Of a DNA stretch of 64,000 nt, positions 40,596 through 54,146 are shown in pieces. The stretch's first letter is position 1, and every line of letters begins with the position of its first letter. The notes under the pieces were generated by a model. That model searched no databases and was not told the origin of the DNA. It was given only the letters and a program-made list of their open reading frames with translations. Source of the stretch: Dimorphilus gyrociliatus (Eukaryota; Animalia; Annelida); NCBI GenBank assembly GCA_904063045.1, contig CAJFCJ010000003.1, positions 744,001 through 808,000 of the forward strand, read 5' to 3'. The position numbers were made by a program, and so were the translations under genes.

Positions 40596-43500
40596 ATGAA
40601 CTTTGGCTATACTTCCATTCTACTCTTTACCAATTTCTTTTATTATGTCAACAGTATTGAAAATATTAAAGTTGGAATTATTATGATAAATGATTACGGC
40701 GGACCTTATGACTGGAAAAAATCTGGAGCAGCAATTAGATTAGCTTTGGAAAGAGTTAATACAGATATTCTAAAAGGTACGCCCTATCAAATAACAGCTA
40801 TTGAAAAACAATATGGTCCTGGTTGCGATCAAAAGGAAACTCCAGGTGAGTGTGTATTAATATAACTCTTGCTGAAAAGATCTTTCTCTCTGCTTTTTGA
40901 AATTAACAAATAAAATATTAATATCATTCTTACAAAATACTTTGTTAGCAATATCTGCGGAACTGTATTACAAGCAAAATGTCTCGGCCATTATCGGGCC
41001 TGGTTGTTCCGGAGCGTTAGATTCTGTTGCGTTTATGGGATCGAAATGGAATCTTCCAATTATTACAGGTGAAGGAGCTGCCGGAAGATTCAGCTTCAAG
41101 CAAGACTATCCAACATTAGTTAGATTAGCATATTGCCAGTGCGCCCTTCGAAGAGTTTTTGGTTCTGTTTTCAATTATTTCAATTGGACAACTGTAACTA
41201 TATTTACGGATGTCTATAATGAATTTAGTAAAGAAATGGCAAATACCCTAAATAGTGGTTTGAGAAGAATGCAAATATATCCTTATACAGAGGACTTTGA
41301 CAGTCGTAATTTTAAGGATGATATAGAAAAGTATAAGAAACTACTTAAAGATGCTAGCGAAAAATCTCGAAGTAATAGCATTATATTAATTTTTCATAGT
41401 CTGATTAGAATTAATTAATATAATTTTCATTTATCCTTGTATTCATTTCGATAATTCGTGGAAAAATTAATAATAATCACCCAATTGATTACTCAATATG
41501 TTATATATAAGTATTAACAATTAGTAATTCTATTCGGCGGAGAAATCTATAAGTCTATAATCAACAACTATAGATTGATAAATAGCTGGAAAGAAGATGT
41601 AAATCTTAAGAATGGGATCATAGATTAAATGATGACATACATTTTATACTAGATATACTTATATGATATAAAGTAAATTTTAAGTATAGACTTGAACATC
41701 TCTAAAGTCGTAAATGAAAATATTTCTGGTACAAAACTTTTTAACATTTTATCTTATTCTTTATCGACACAGTTTTTATATTTATGGCTAATGGAACTGT
41801 AACGAGAAAGTTATTGTTGGCTTCTTATGATCTTGGTTTTGCGCAAAGTGGAGAATATGTCCTTATGGATGTTGAACTCTTTCAAGATAATTTCTGGGGT
41901 CATTACCACTGGGAAATGAACTTGGGAGATGATTCTAAAATACGTAAAGCTAGTGAAGCGGTTATTAGAATTGGTCTTAAATTGGAACAAAGCGATAAAT
42001 TCATACAATTCGCTAAAGATGTCAAATTAAGAGCTAAAAAAGACTTTGGTTACAATTATTCAGACGCCGAGGTTCTATTTTCAAATATATCCTTTTCTCT
42101 AAGAGAGCTTAATCACCATAAATCGACAGGTTAACTTTTTCATAGGAACTTTCTACGAGTCAGTTATACTCTACGGTACTGCGTTGAGAGAGAGCCTAAA
42201 AGAAGATATTGATCCGAGGGATGCGAGGAAATTTTTGAAATTTTTTAGAGAAAGAACTTTCGACGGTATTACTGGTCCTGTGTATATGAATGCAAAAGCC
42301 GATAGGGAAGCTACCTACGAAATACTTGATATGAATCCTGAAACTGGTAAATTTGAGGTATAAAAATCTAAAGAGCATGAAAGATATCAGTAGAGTGTGT
42401 ATCTATTCTTTAAAACAAAACAAAAGAGACTGCACTGATGCATAACTACTTTCTTTGATCATTCTCACTCTCGCCTTAGAGTTTTTAGATTCTTTTCAAG
42501 ACAATAGAAAAGAACTCTTCTACGAACGTCTTTGTTTTTTTTTTAGACTTTTGGACATTATAGCGGATTCTCTCTAAAGTTTGAACCCGTTCCTGGTAAA
42601 ATAGTTTTTTGGCCTGGTGGAACAAACAAACCGCCACTTAATGAACCCAAATGCGGCTATAAAGGCGACGCTGTTTCATGTCAAAAGTCTGGTAAGATAC
42701 AAATAACTTATTTACAATGAATATATTCCATTAAAGTTTTCTTTTAGGCGTTATTTATTTCAATAGCTAACTTGCTAGTGTAGTTTCCTCTTGTCTAGTC
42801 ATCAGATAAACTTACTAAAAATAGAAATAATATATGATGATATGGTTAAAGTTTCAATCGTTTAACTACGAATATAGTAGAATTTGCAATTTATAAATCA
42901 ACATAATCTAATATGTTAATTTAAATATTTTCTATCTTCTAATTATCAATTTTTCTATACAGAACTTTTTGCTCTGACAAACATCATTTTAATAACTTTG
43001 CTATGTCTTTTTCTTATTTCTTTTATAATTGCTGGATTAATTTACAGGTAATACTAGAGTATTTCCTAGATTAATTAGTAATCAGAGTATAATAAGGTAT
43101 TAATTACAGGAAAATGAAAATTGAAGCGGAAATATCAGATAATTCATGGATAGTGTCTGATGATGATATCAGCTATCAAACAAATATCGGCAGAAGTGCA
43201 TCAATAAGATCTAAAATTGGAGATGTAAGCAACAGATTATTTCTTTATCTGTAATTCTATATAAATCTCCTTTTATCTATAGATTGATAGTTATTACGAT
43301 GGACGATCAATTAAATCGAAGAGAAGCTACTTATCCTTACAAGCATTCATAGAAACAGGTAGATTAAGGGAGACTATTGTCGCCGTCAAATCTGTTGCAC
43401 TTGATAGAAAATTGAATATAACAAGAAAACTTCGTATCGAGATAAAACAACGGCGTTTAGCATCTCACAACAATATCTTAAAATTCATTGGAGTAATTGT

Positions 43501-45215
43501 CGATCCAGTTTCAAGAAGTGCATTAATTCACGAATACTGCCGCAAAGGAAGTTTACAAGATCTTCTGGAAGATGATAATTTAGAATTGGATTGGTCTTTT
43601 AAATATTCAATGATGAATGATATTGTTAAAGGAATGCAGTTTATTCATTCATCCGCTATTGGAGTACATGGAAATCTGAAATCGTCAAATTGCCTTATTG
43701 ATGATAGATTTGTTGTAAAACTATGTCATTTTGGTTTGCCAAGTTTTTTAAATAATATTGAAAGGAAGGAAAATACTCATGCCTTTTATGAGGCTCTTCT
43801 CTGGTCAGCCCCAGAAATTCTAAGAGAATCAAATTGTAAATATCCATTAGCATCTTCACAGAAAGGTGATGTTTATAGTTTCGGAATAATTATTCAAGAA
43901 ATTATTCTAAGAGGCTGCCCTTTTCTAATGGAAAGAGATCTAAAGACAGTTGAAGGTTAGTTTTCAAAGTGTTAAAAATTAATAGCCTTTAATGAGCAAA
44001 GATTTCGATTCTAGAAATTGTATTGGAAGTTCATAAGGGCATTGAGCCTTTAACTAGACCTAGTATGCCTGATGATTCCACGGACAAATATATAACAGCA
44101 ATAGCTGAAAGTTGTTGGAACGAAAATCCTAATTTTAGGCCTACTTTTCCAGATTTGAAGCAAAAACTAAGAAAACTTACAGGGTAATAAAAGAATTGTC
44201 TTGGTTTAATATACTGTACACAATATATACACTGTATATATATTGAACTATACCATTTTTTCCTATATTTTCATTGTCTCAGGGGTAAAGATGCAAATAT
44301 TATGGATGATTTATTAAAGAGAATGGAACAATATGCTAATAATTTGGAAAATATCGTTGAAGATCGTACAAAACAACTGGCGGAAGAGAAGAGAAAAACA
44401 GATGAACTATTGCTCCAAATTCTACCAAAGTAAAGTTTATTCTCAAGTAATTGATCTGTAACATCTTATTATCCATTTTCTCCTTTCTATAGGTCGATTG
44501 TTGATCAATTAAAAGCAGGAAAGACTGTAACTCCGGAAACGTTTACGAGCGTTACAATCTATTTCAGTGATATTGTTGGTTTTACGGCACTTTCGGCTCA
44601 AAGTACTCCTATTCAGATTGTTAAGCTTTTGAACGATTTATACACAATGTTCGACGAGATTATTTGCGAATTCGACGTCTATAAGGTGGAAACAATCGGT
44701 GACGCCTATATGGTTGCCTCCGGCCTACCAATAAGAAATGGTCAGAACCACGCAAAAGAAATTGCTAAAATGTCTTTGAAGCTTTTGTCGAAGGTGAGAT
44801 CGTTTCGAATGGAACATAGGCCAGATGAACAACTGAAATTGAGAATTGGTCTGCATACTGGTCCTTGCGTTACGGGAGTTGTAGGTTTGAAGATGCCAAG
44901 GTATTGCCTATTCGGAGATACTGTAAATACAGCATCGAGAATGGAATCGACAGGAGAACGTAACTATCCTCTTTTTTCATTCATTTACAATATTTTAAAG
45001 ATAATCACCAAATTTTCAGCCTTGAAAATTCATTTGAGTTCTGCAACTGCCGACATTTTGAAGACTTTTAGCGAATTTCAACTTGACTGTCGAGGAGAAA
45101 TCGAAGTTAAAGTATATAAATATAATGAAAAAACTTCTATTACTATTATTGATTTGCCTTTCCATTTGCCTTATAGGGAAAAAATAAAATGACAACTTAT
45201 TGGCTCATTCAATGA
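40596..45215 (+). CDS. Receptor (membrane) guanylyl cyclase, NPR-like, paralog 2
   Basis: Same exon layout and motifs as paralog 1. Last exon 45177-45215 reads [12 protein letters not shown]. Confidence 0.93.
44509..45110 (+). repeat. Second copy of the 602-bp identical cyclase segment
   Basis: Identical by eye to 36950-37551. Confidence 0.92.
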
Positions 45216-45613
45216 TAAGGATGATATCGAATCAATAATCTTGAACAAAATTGATAGATGTCTCATTTTGAAGATATTTTTTTTGTCTTTTTTGAGTGCA
45301 AAAGTTTTGGCACAGTTTTAAACTTTATAGCCTTTTATAGAGTATATTCTGTTTTAGAAATACATTACTTAAAAAACCCCTGCATGTATTGTGTTAAGAA
45401 ATAATCATAAATAAAAAACATAGTGTAATACATATATTATAATAGACGGTAAGTTCCATATTAGTTTAATTAGGGAGAGTTTGTCATATTTAGAACAAAC
45501 GCCATCTGAATATTTAAATGTATTTCTTTTTTATTTTCTTTTTCAGGTCACCTAAAAGATTATCTAGATTATACAATTAGGACAATTCAATAAGATGCAT
45601 ATAATTATTATTC

Positions 45614-48600
45614 TCAAAGTAATCGATCGCAAAATTGTCCGGTATAACCTGAAGAGCATTCGCAACTAACGGACCTGTCGTGTGGTACACATTTCCCATT
45701 TTGTCCGCACGGCTGACCTGCAGGAAATGCTTCGCATGGGTTTGTCGTATCACATTTACTAGATTGATTTTTATGGAACCATCCATCAAAACATCGGCAG
45801 CGGATTTCAGCTCTCTCTGGACTGAAACTTATCGTTTCGCAAATTCCGTTTTGACAATCCAGAGTAACTCGTTGACATAGGTCTATTTTCTGTTCGCAGA
45901 ATTGTCCCGTATACAACACATGACACTTGCAATAATAATCCGTTTCCGATACTTTTTGACAAACTCCTCCATCATTGTTACATCGATGATTAAGGCATGG
46001 ATCACTTGAAGCTATAGGAAAAGAATTGCGTTTAGCTGTTTTTAAGTGTTTATTAAAATTTTTAGGATTAACTTTGTTGTTTGCAAATGCTGCCAGTCCA
46101 TCCAGTATTACATATACAAGATAAAGATTTTGTATTGTTAGATATACATCGTCCATTAGGCAAACAAGGATTAAATGTTAGACAGGCGTTAGAAACTCCT
46201 TCAAAAGTTAGATGATAGTTTTAAAGTAATATTAGTTCGTATTAATAATGTAGATGATACTATTTAAACTATTAACCTGTCTCACACGTTGATCCCGTCC
46301 ACTGATTTGTGCATTTGCAGCTAAAACTTTGACCATTTCGTATACATTCTCCGTTGTTTTTGCATGGACTGGAATAGCAGGCGTTGTAGGTTTCACATCT
46401 GAGACCAATATAGTTTATGGGACATTGGCATCTGAAATTATTACCGCTTGCTATGCATGTACCCCTTTGACAAGGTTTAGCAGTACAAGCATCTTGTTTT
46501 CTTCTATCGCATACATTCCCTTCCCATCCATCATTGCAATTACATGTAAAAGCTTGTCCACTTTGAACGCATTCTCCATTTAGGCATGGTCTTGCAGCAC
46601 ATAAGTTTATTTCTAAGGAAGGAAAGTATAAACGACTGCTTTCATTCTTAAAATCAAATAGTAACCCGTGTCGCACGTATTTCCTGTGTATCCCCCATAA
46701 CAAGTACAAGAGAATATATTTCCATTATTTGTGCAGACGCCATTTTTACAAGGATTAGATGCACAAGGCGTTACTTTAACTTGATATATAATTATACAAC
46801 TATGAAATTGAAATATATGTTTGAAAAAAGAAAGCTGATACCTTCATTACATCTGATACCAGTCCAACCATCATTACATGTACAAGAGTACGCATCTCCG
46901 TTAATTCTACACTGTCCGTTTACGCACGGATTGGATACACATGGTGAAATTACTGAGTATAGAATATATCGTAGATAGTTTTCTTTATACAATGAATAAA
47001 CACTTACCAGAATCACATCTAGATCCAGTCCAACGAGATGGACAAACACATCTAAAACCATCATTTACATTTTGACACTCTCCATTAACACATGGATTAC
47101 TTTTACAAGGTTCCTTTCCTATGTAAAGTTATGAAATATATTTAATATTTTTCCAAAAACATTCTATGGCATACTCTGATTGCAATAGATTCCCTCATAT
47201 CCAGTAAAACAATCGCATCTAAAGCTATTTCCTACAACTGTACAAGTCCCTTGTACACACGGTTTATTCGAACAGGCAGTTGATGCAACTGTTTAAGAAA
47301 TTACTATTCAATATAATAATTTATGGTGCAAGATGTAGTATTTTACCAGTATCGCAACGCTTTCCGTCATAACCAGTCCAGCAAGTGCATTTATAAGAAC
47401 TATTTTCAATACTACAATCTCCATTAACACATGGATTAGATGCACATGGATTACTGACTGAAAGTTTGACAGTCGTCTATTAATTAAATCTGATCAAAAG
47501 ATTTTAATTAGTTAAATCTTTACCTATATTACAATTCTTTCCTTCAAAACCAGCTGGGCAGTTACATTGATAACCTTCAATAGTCGCCAAACAATTACCT
47601 CTTGTACAAGGATTAGATTTACAGCCACTAGCTAGATCTAAGACATTTCAGAAGTTATATAATAATAGTTCTCTCAGTTTGCAATAATGTATTTTTTGAT
47701 TGTACTAACCGATACTACACCTTGATCCTGTCCAACCTTGATAACATATACACTTGTAACTAGCTCCGTATTTTTGGCATCTACCATTAACACAAGTATT
47801 AACTGAGCAAGGATGATCGGCTATTTTGGAGTTTGAATAGTAGTTTTTAATCTCCCTTTTTAATTATTATATACCTATTTGACAACTATCTCCTTTTAGA
47901 CCCGCTGGACAGTTACATACGTATTGTGATTCCGTTAAAGAACAGTATCCTCTAGTGCAAGGATTAGTAGTACAAGATCCCGATGCACCTGAATTGATAA
48001 TTAGCTTTAGTACAATTAAAAATCAACGAAATTCTCTTACGAATATCGCATTTCGACCCCATATATCCCGCATTACAGGAACAATGGTAACTATCGAATG
48101 ATCTATCACAAGTACCAAACTTGCAGGGATTTGTTGAGCAATGATTAATTTCTAAAATCATAAATGATATCTTATCCAATAATATATAACGACTCCACGT
48201 ATAAGACATGTAACACAAACCTAGTTCGCATTTCTGACCTTCGAATCCTTTTGGACATGTACAAGAGTATCCATTACCTCTTTCTGTACAATAGCCTCTT
48301 ATACAAGGGTTAGCTAAACAAGCTCCCTTAGCAACTTATAAAATAAAATCATAAATATAAATATACATATGATTCACAGTAAAGATGTATTTATTGTTTT
48401 TACTTGTTTTACAACCACTTTCCATCCATCCATTAAAACATGTACAAATATGAGAATTCGTGCCAAATTCACAGAAGCCGTTACTGCATGGATTCGGATT
48501 ACACATTTCGTCCACTATATAGATAAAACGATTGAAAAATTATCGAATGTAGTCATATTCAATATATTACTTTTTTCACAGTGTTGACCAATATATCCTT

Positions 48601-51239
48601 CGGGGCATTCGCACCTATAGCCAACAATTAATAGTATACATTTGCCTTTGTTGCATGGATTAGTAGTACAAGCTGATGTAATTGCTAAAGAAATAGAAAT
48701 TCAATTGTTTCTTTTTCGATATGGAATACTTTTAGATAGATATAATCACGTGAGTTGCAGTTCTTTCCAGTCCATCCTGATGGGCATGTACATTCGTAAT
48801 CATTATCTCCTATAGGTTTACAGGTTCCTCCTCTTTCACATGGATTCTCAGAACAGAGATTGGAAGCTAGAATTATGGTTAACGAGTAAATAAAAAGAAA
48901 AATAGTTTGAGAGGAAGATTTTCAAGACTAATTGATAATAAAAAATTACTATAATATCAATTAGTTTATGAAAACTACCTATGTTACAGGTTGTTCCAGT
49001 CCATTGATCGAAACAAGAACATTTAAATGTGTCTCCATTGGGCGAGCAAGTACCATATATACAGGGATTAGGGTTACAAACTCTAGTAGCTAAATTAAAT
49101 GTAATTGTTTTACAACATTCAACTAACGACTATTGAGTGTAATACAATATAAACATTTCTTACGTATTTCGCAATATGTTCCCGTAAAATATTGAAAACA
49201 ATCACAGGCAAATCCACCATTTGTTTGTCTACAAACTCCAAATCGACAAGGGAACGAAATACATGGATTGAATTCTAAGAGAATGAAGGATTAATAAACA
49301 TATTTCTATTATAAGGCTATTAATAGTTGAAATATTTACGGTCATTACACCTATCACCTGTCCAACCAGTCTTACATTTACACCTATATCCATTGAAAAT
49401 TGGTTCACAAGTACCGTCATTAAAACATGGAGAAGATGAGCAAAAGTTAATTTCTGATTGTTAAGAAATTTCATATATTAGAAAATTAAGCTGTCAAAAG
49501 AAACTAGATTACGTTGGCCGCAATTTTTGCCCTCGTATCCAGCAGGACATAGGCACTCATAGCCACCAGATATATCTCTACAATTTCCCCTAACGCAAGG
49601 ATTATTGGAACATCTTATATTGTTATCTAAAATAAATTGATATATAGAATTGCTAGATTCAAAGATAATGACTTACCTATTTCACAGTTTCTTCCGGAAT
49701 ATCCAGAAGGACATAAGCATTCATAACCGCCAGATATATCTCTACAACTTCCTCTGACGCAAGGATTATTGGAGCATCTTATTATATTGTTATCTATAAT
49801 AAAACAATTTACGAAATGGTTGGATTCAGGGATTATCACTGACCTATTTCGCAGTTTCTTCCAGAATATCCAGAAGGACATAAGCATTCATAACCGCCAG
49901 ATATATCTCTACAACTTCCTCTGACGCAAGGATTATTGGAGCATCTTATTATATTGTTATCTATAATAAAACAATTTACGAAATGGTTGGATTCAGGGAT
50001 TATCACTGACCTATTTCACAGTTTCTTCCAGAATATCCAGAAGGACATAAGCATTCATAACCACCTGTTATATCTCTACAACTTCCCCTAACGCAAGGAT
50101 TATTAGAGCATCTTATTATATCGTTACCTATAATAAAACAATATACGAAATGATTGGATTCAGGGATTATCACTGACCTATTTCACAGTTTCTTCCAGAA
50201 TATCCAGAAGGACATAAGCACTCATAACCACCGGTTATATCTCTACAGCTTCCTCTAACGCATGGATTATCGGAGCATCTTGTTACGGTGTTACCTATAA
50301 CAAATTGTTTTACATGGTCATTAGACAGAAACTAATAGCTTACTTATTTGACAAAACTTCCCGAAAAAATTAGTTGGACATTGACATCTAAAATCTGTTC
50401 CCTCGACAATGCAAATGCCACCATTACAATAATTAACTGAACAGGGAGGGTCTAGATTCCTTATTTTATGGGATTTAATATTAATCCAGAACCTTGATAA
50501 CGATTGTACTGCTGTCATTCTGTCAAATGATTTTTATGGTATTCAATAATATTGAATAACTTTTAGTGAGTTTTCGATAAATATAAGCGAATGTTTTAAA
50601 AGTTGTTTTATACATACACAAACTCTATATCTCCGTAGTTATCTTCAGCAAACCATTCAAATTGTATTGTTGACTTGAGATTTGCCGCATTTTGAGTTAT
50701 AGATGTTTTTATCTTTCCGCCGCAAACCATACCGTGTCCCTCATTATTAAAAACAAAGACAAACTTTCCCACTCGCACTCCAGTGCCATACCGCCTAGCT
50801 TGAACCATAAATCCTCTAAATCCCGGACCGCTCTCAGTAATAATTTTACCTAAGCGATAAAGAGTTGAACTTATTCATGTTCGTCGGTCAATAAAGAACT
50901 TTATAAAAAGAGGAAAGCAATCATATGGAAAAACTTTTTTCAAAACAAAGATAGAAATGAAGAAATTTGAAAAATTCAACAGATTCTTCTCTTAATAAAT
51001 AGAAATATGTTTATTGGAAAATTATGAATTGTTTCTTTTCCTTAAATGATTAACAAACCGGTAATTATATCTCCCTTTCTATAGTTATTTGGTCGAATTT
51101 GAAACTGATAGGGAGAAGGTGACAGTTGAGCGTTGACGCCATGACCGGGCAACATCGAATCGCATACTATATCCGGTGATCCCTGAGATAACGAATAAAC
51201 TGATGTTATCATCAGTAAAAAGCTTATTAGTTGAATCAT
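45614..51239 (-). CDS. Secreted protein: signal peptide + Reeler domain + about 29 tandem EGF-like repeats
   Basis: [16 protein letters not shown] signal. Reeler motifs [33 protein letters not shown]...FW. Then mostly one six-Cys EGF module per phase-1 exon (C.SNPC..G.C......Y.C.C..G.TG..C). No TM segment before the stop. Confidence 0.85.
49513..50294 (-). repeat. Tandem array of EGF exon+intron units, period 167 bp (four 117-nt exons plus one 114-nt related exon)
   Basis: Exons at 50178-50294, 50011-50127, 49844-49960, 49677-49793 and 49513-49626. The 50-nt intron is also repeated. Two adjacent units differ at only about 2 positions. Confidence 0.92.
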
Positions 51240-51864
51240 AGCTGCACCACTTAGTTCCTGCTATCAGTTCCGCTTGAAAGCAGTTCAATACAGGGTAAGC
51301 CTTTGAATACACTTTATTATTGAACTTGCATATTATGATCCAGTTGATACGTCAAATAACGGCTTGGTCTTGTGTCCTACTAAGCATTATAACTCCAATA
51401 AGATATAACATTACTCATTTCTTGTAGACTTTATTGGAAATAGTTCAAAAACATCTGATTCATCACAGAACAATTTTTAATTTGATTTAGATTGGAATGT
51501 GAGAGTGTTTTTTTTAAAAATATACTGCAATACAGTAGTTCTTTACTATTTCAATAGACTTTCTTTGAATTGAACGAGACTAATAGGCCTTCTATAATTC
51601 CTTTCTCACGCCTACGAGTACTTTTTCTTAGTGGGATCAGGTAAAGCCAATAACCAGTGAGCCAATCAACTTGTGTATTTCGGTATTAGGAATGTTAGCA
51701 TTCTTAATTAGAGGACAAAATAAAGATTGATCTTTAAATTTCAATAAAAGATAAGTTTATAGGCATATTTTTACAAGAATTATGAAATAATATTTAAATA
51801 TACTTTCTATCATTTCTGTATTGTTCAACGATCTATATTGCAAAATATTTAATTATAGAGAAGT

Positions 51865-52467
51865 TTATTTGTTGTATTTGTAAAATCCTTCTCCAGTTTT
51901 AACACCAAACTTTCCCTCTTGAACAAGTTTATTAACCATTTCACTTGGTTCGAACTCTTGTATATCGGGATAAGCTTTGCTCCAACCGTCCAAAATAAAT
52001 TTGGTTGTATCTAAACCAACATAATCAGCTAATTCAAATGGTCCCATTGGATATCCGGCACCTAGTTTCATGGCAATGTCAATATCCTTTGCTGAAGCAT
52101 CACCTGTAATAGAATGGTTTGTAAATATATTTGTTTTATATGTTTGCAATATGTTAGAATTACCTCTTTCAAGCATTCGTACGGCAGAAACCATATAGGG
52201 AACGAGCAAACGATTAACAATAAAGCCTGGAGTATCCTTAGCTTGCACAGATACCTTTCCAAGTTTATCAGTGAACGATTTTAAATTTTGATAAGTTTCA
52301 TCAGTGGTTTGCGGAATTCTGACGATTTCAACAAGTTTCATAACTGGAACTGGATTGAAGAAATGTAAACCTCCAAAGTTAGATAATCTACTTTGGCTAC
52401 ATAAAGAAGCTATGTCGCCGATAGGTAGAGATGACGTATTGCTAGTAAAAATTGCTGACCTAGAAAA

Positions 52468-52498
<31 letters not shown>

Positions 52499-53078
52499 TA
52501 GTATTTATATATTCATAAATTGAGTTAATTCAATAAAGTAATTAATTACTCTGGTGCAGCCGAATCTAAATCTTTAAATAGCTTCTGCTTTATATCCAAA
52601 TTTTCAACAATAGCTTCAATAACCAAGTCAGTTGTTTTGGCAGTCTGAACAAGATCAGTAGATGCTTTTATTCTATTCATTGTTTCTTCCATGTATTTCT
52701 TTCCTTCATCGGAATTGTCTCCGTACTTCTTTTTGGCAACTCTAGCCAATGACTTTCCTACGCGACCTTTGGATGCATTTAACAAATCTTCATTCAAGTC
52801 GACCATAGTCACCTCAAAACCTGATTGTGCCGCAACCTGAATGTCAATAGAATAATAAATTGAATTATTTAATTAGAGAACTAGGATGCATCTGCGAAAA
52901 ATGCACTATTTAACAACAGATGATACGAGTGTAAAGTGAGATGTGTGGTAATATACTAGATACTTACTTGAGCAATTCCAGAGCCCATAAGGCCGCCGCC
53001 AATGACCGTAACATTACGAATAGCAAAATTAGCGACAGAAGTCGACAATTTCCTGCTTAAAATTTGAGAAAATGCCAT
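51865..53078 (-). CDS. HADH: Mitochondrial short-chain 3-hydroxyacyl-CoA dehydrogenase
   Basis: Transit peptide followed by [82 protein letters not shown]. Confidence 0.96.
52474..52497. repeat. (TA)12 microsatellite in a HADH intron
   Basis: Directly visible. Confidence 0.9.
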
Positions 53079-54146
53079 GTTTTTCTTTCGATGAAAAAAA
53101 AAGGTTATACCAAATATCGTCTGCTAAGAGTTTTTTTTATTATTAAAAACTATAACTAGTTGAAGAGAAATGAACTACAGCGACCTCTACAATTCTACAT
53201 TTTAACCGGTCAAAATAATCAGATATTCTAATTGATCTCTATCGATAAATATATCAAAGGTCATAAAATATTTCAAGAACGTTTGTTTAAAACAAAAAAA
53301 GAAAAAAATTTATTAATATCTGAAAAATTCGAAGGAAAAGATATCAGTGTTTATTCTTTTTCTTTTAATATTATTATTTTTTGTTCATGTTTTGAAAGTT
53401 ACCTTTCAGTTTTTCTCAAGAAGAAACAATCACATTAAACACTACACGAAACCATTTACATATTTATATATATATATATGATTATTTTGTCAAAATCTTG
53501 AGTAGCATGCAAAAGAAACATAGATGAAAAAAAAAAGAAAAAAAAAATACAATGTAAGAGATGTAGCGTTATTTTTTTAATGATAGAGTAAATTTGGAGA
53601 TTTTAGGACAATAGTAAATCATGTCAACGATTGTAAATTGATGGTATGTAGATAAGTGTGGAGAGGATCATAACATTCCAGAATTGAGAAGGTAATAATG
53701 ACTTATTCTAGCCTTCAAATATTTCCTTTTTCTTGGATTGTTTTTTTTTCTTTTCTTTTTTTTTTACACTTAAATTTCGTTGGAAAAAAATGAATCACCA
53801 TACCTTTTTAGAAAAAGAAAGACAAAAGAAGTTGTAAATAAACTAAAGAGAAAAATGTTAATAATTTGAAGAAACAAGCACATATAATTGATGACAAAGT
53901 AACCCAAGCGTAATTGCGATATTTTTCGAAGTTTTAAATCAGACAACTTTCTCTCTCTTACATTCTTTTTCATACTTCATATACATTATATAGTTGAAAT
54001 AGTTGAAAACTATTTTAGAGCATCATGGAATATTTTTGTTTTTCTAATCATTAACCTTTACATTCATTATTGTTATATAAATTTGTTATGCTTTTTTTTT
54101 TATATTTTTCTTTTCTCTTTATCTCTATATCTCTTTTTGGTCAGAT

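Noticed and set aside
2414-45215. Sensory signalling supercluster (TRPV-like + GPCR + receptor guanylyl cyclases)
   Set aside because: The genes are interleaved with housekeeping genes. Local tandem duplication suffices, and sequence alone gives no co-regulation evidence.
49513-50294. CRISPR-like or transposon interpretation of the regular repeats
   Set aside because: The repeats are EGF-coding exons with splice sites in a eukaryotic gene. There are no unique spacers, cas genes, transposase/RT ORFs or terminal repeats in the window.
9273-52163. Several stop-free 3n introns (9273-9329, 15257-15307, 30769-30825, 37401-37460, 52104-52163)
   Set aside because: With on the order of 100 short introns in the window, a handful is roughly what chance predicts. 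They only explain why the ORF track reads through introns.
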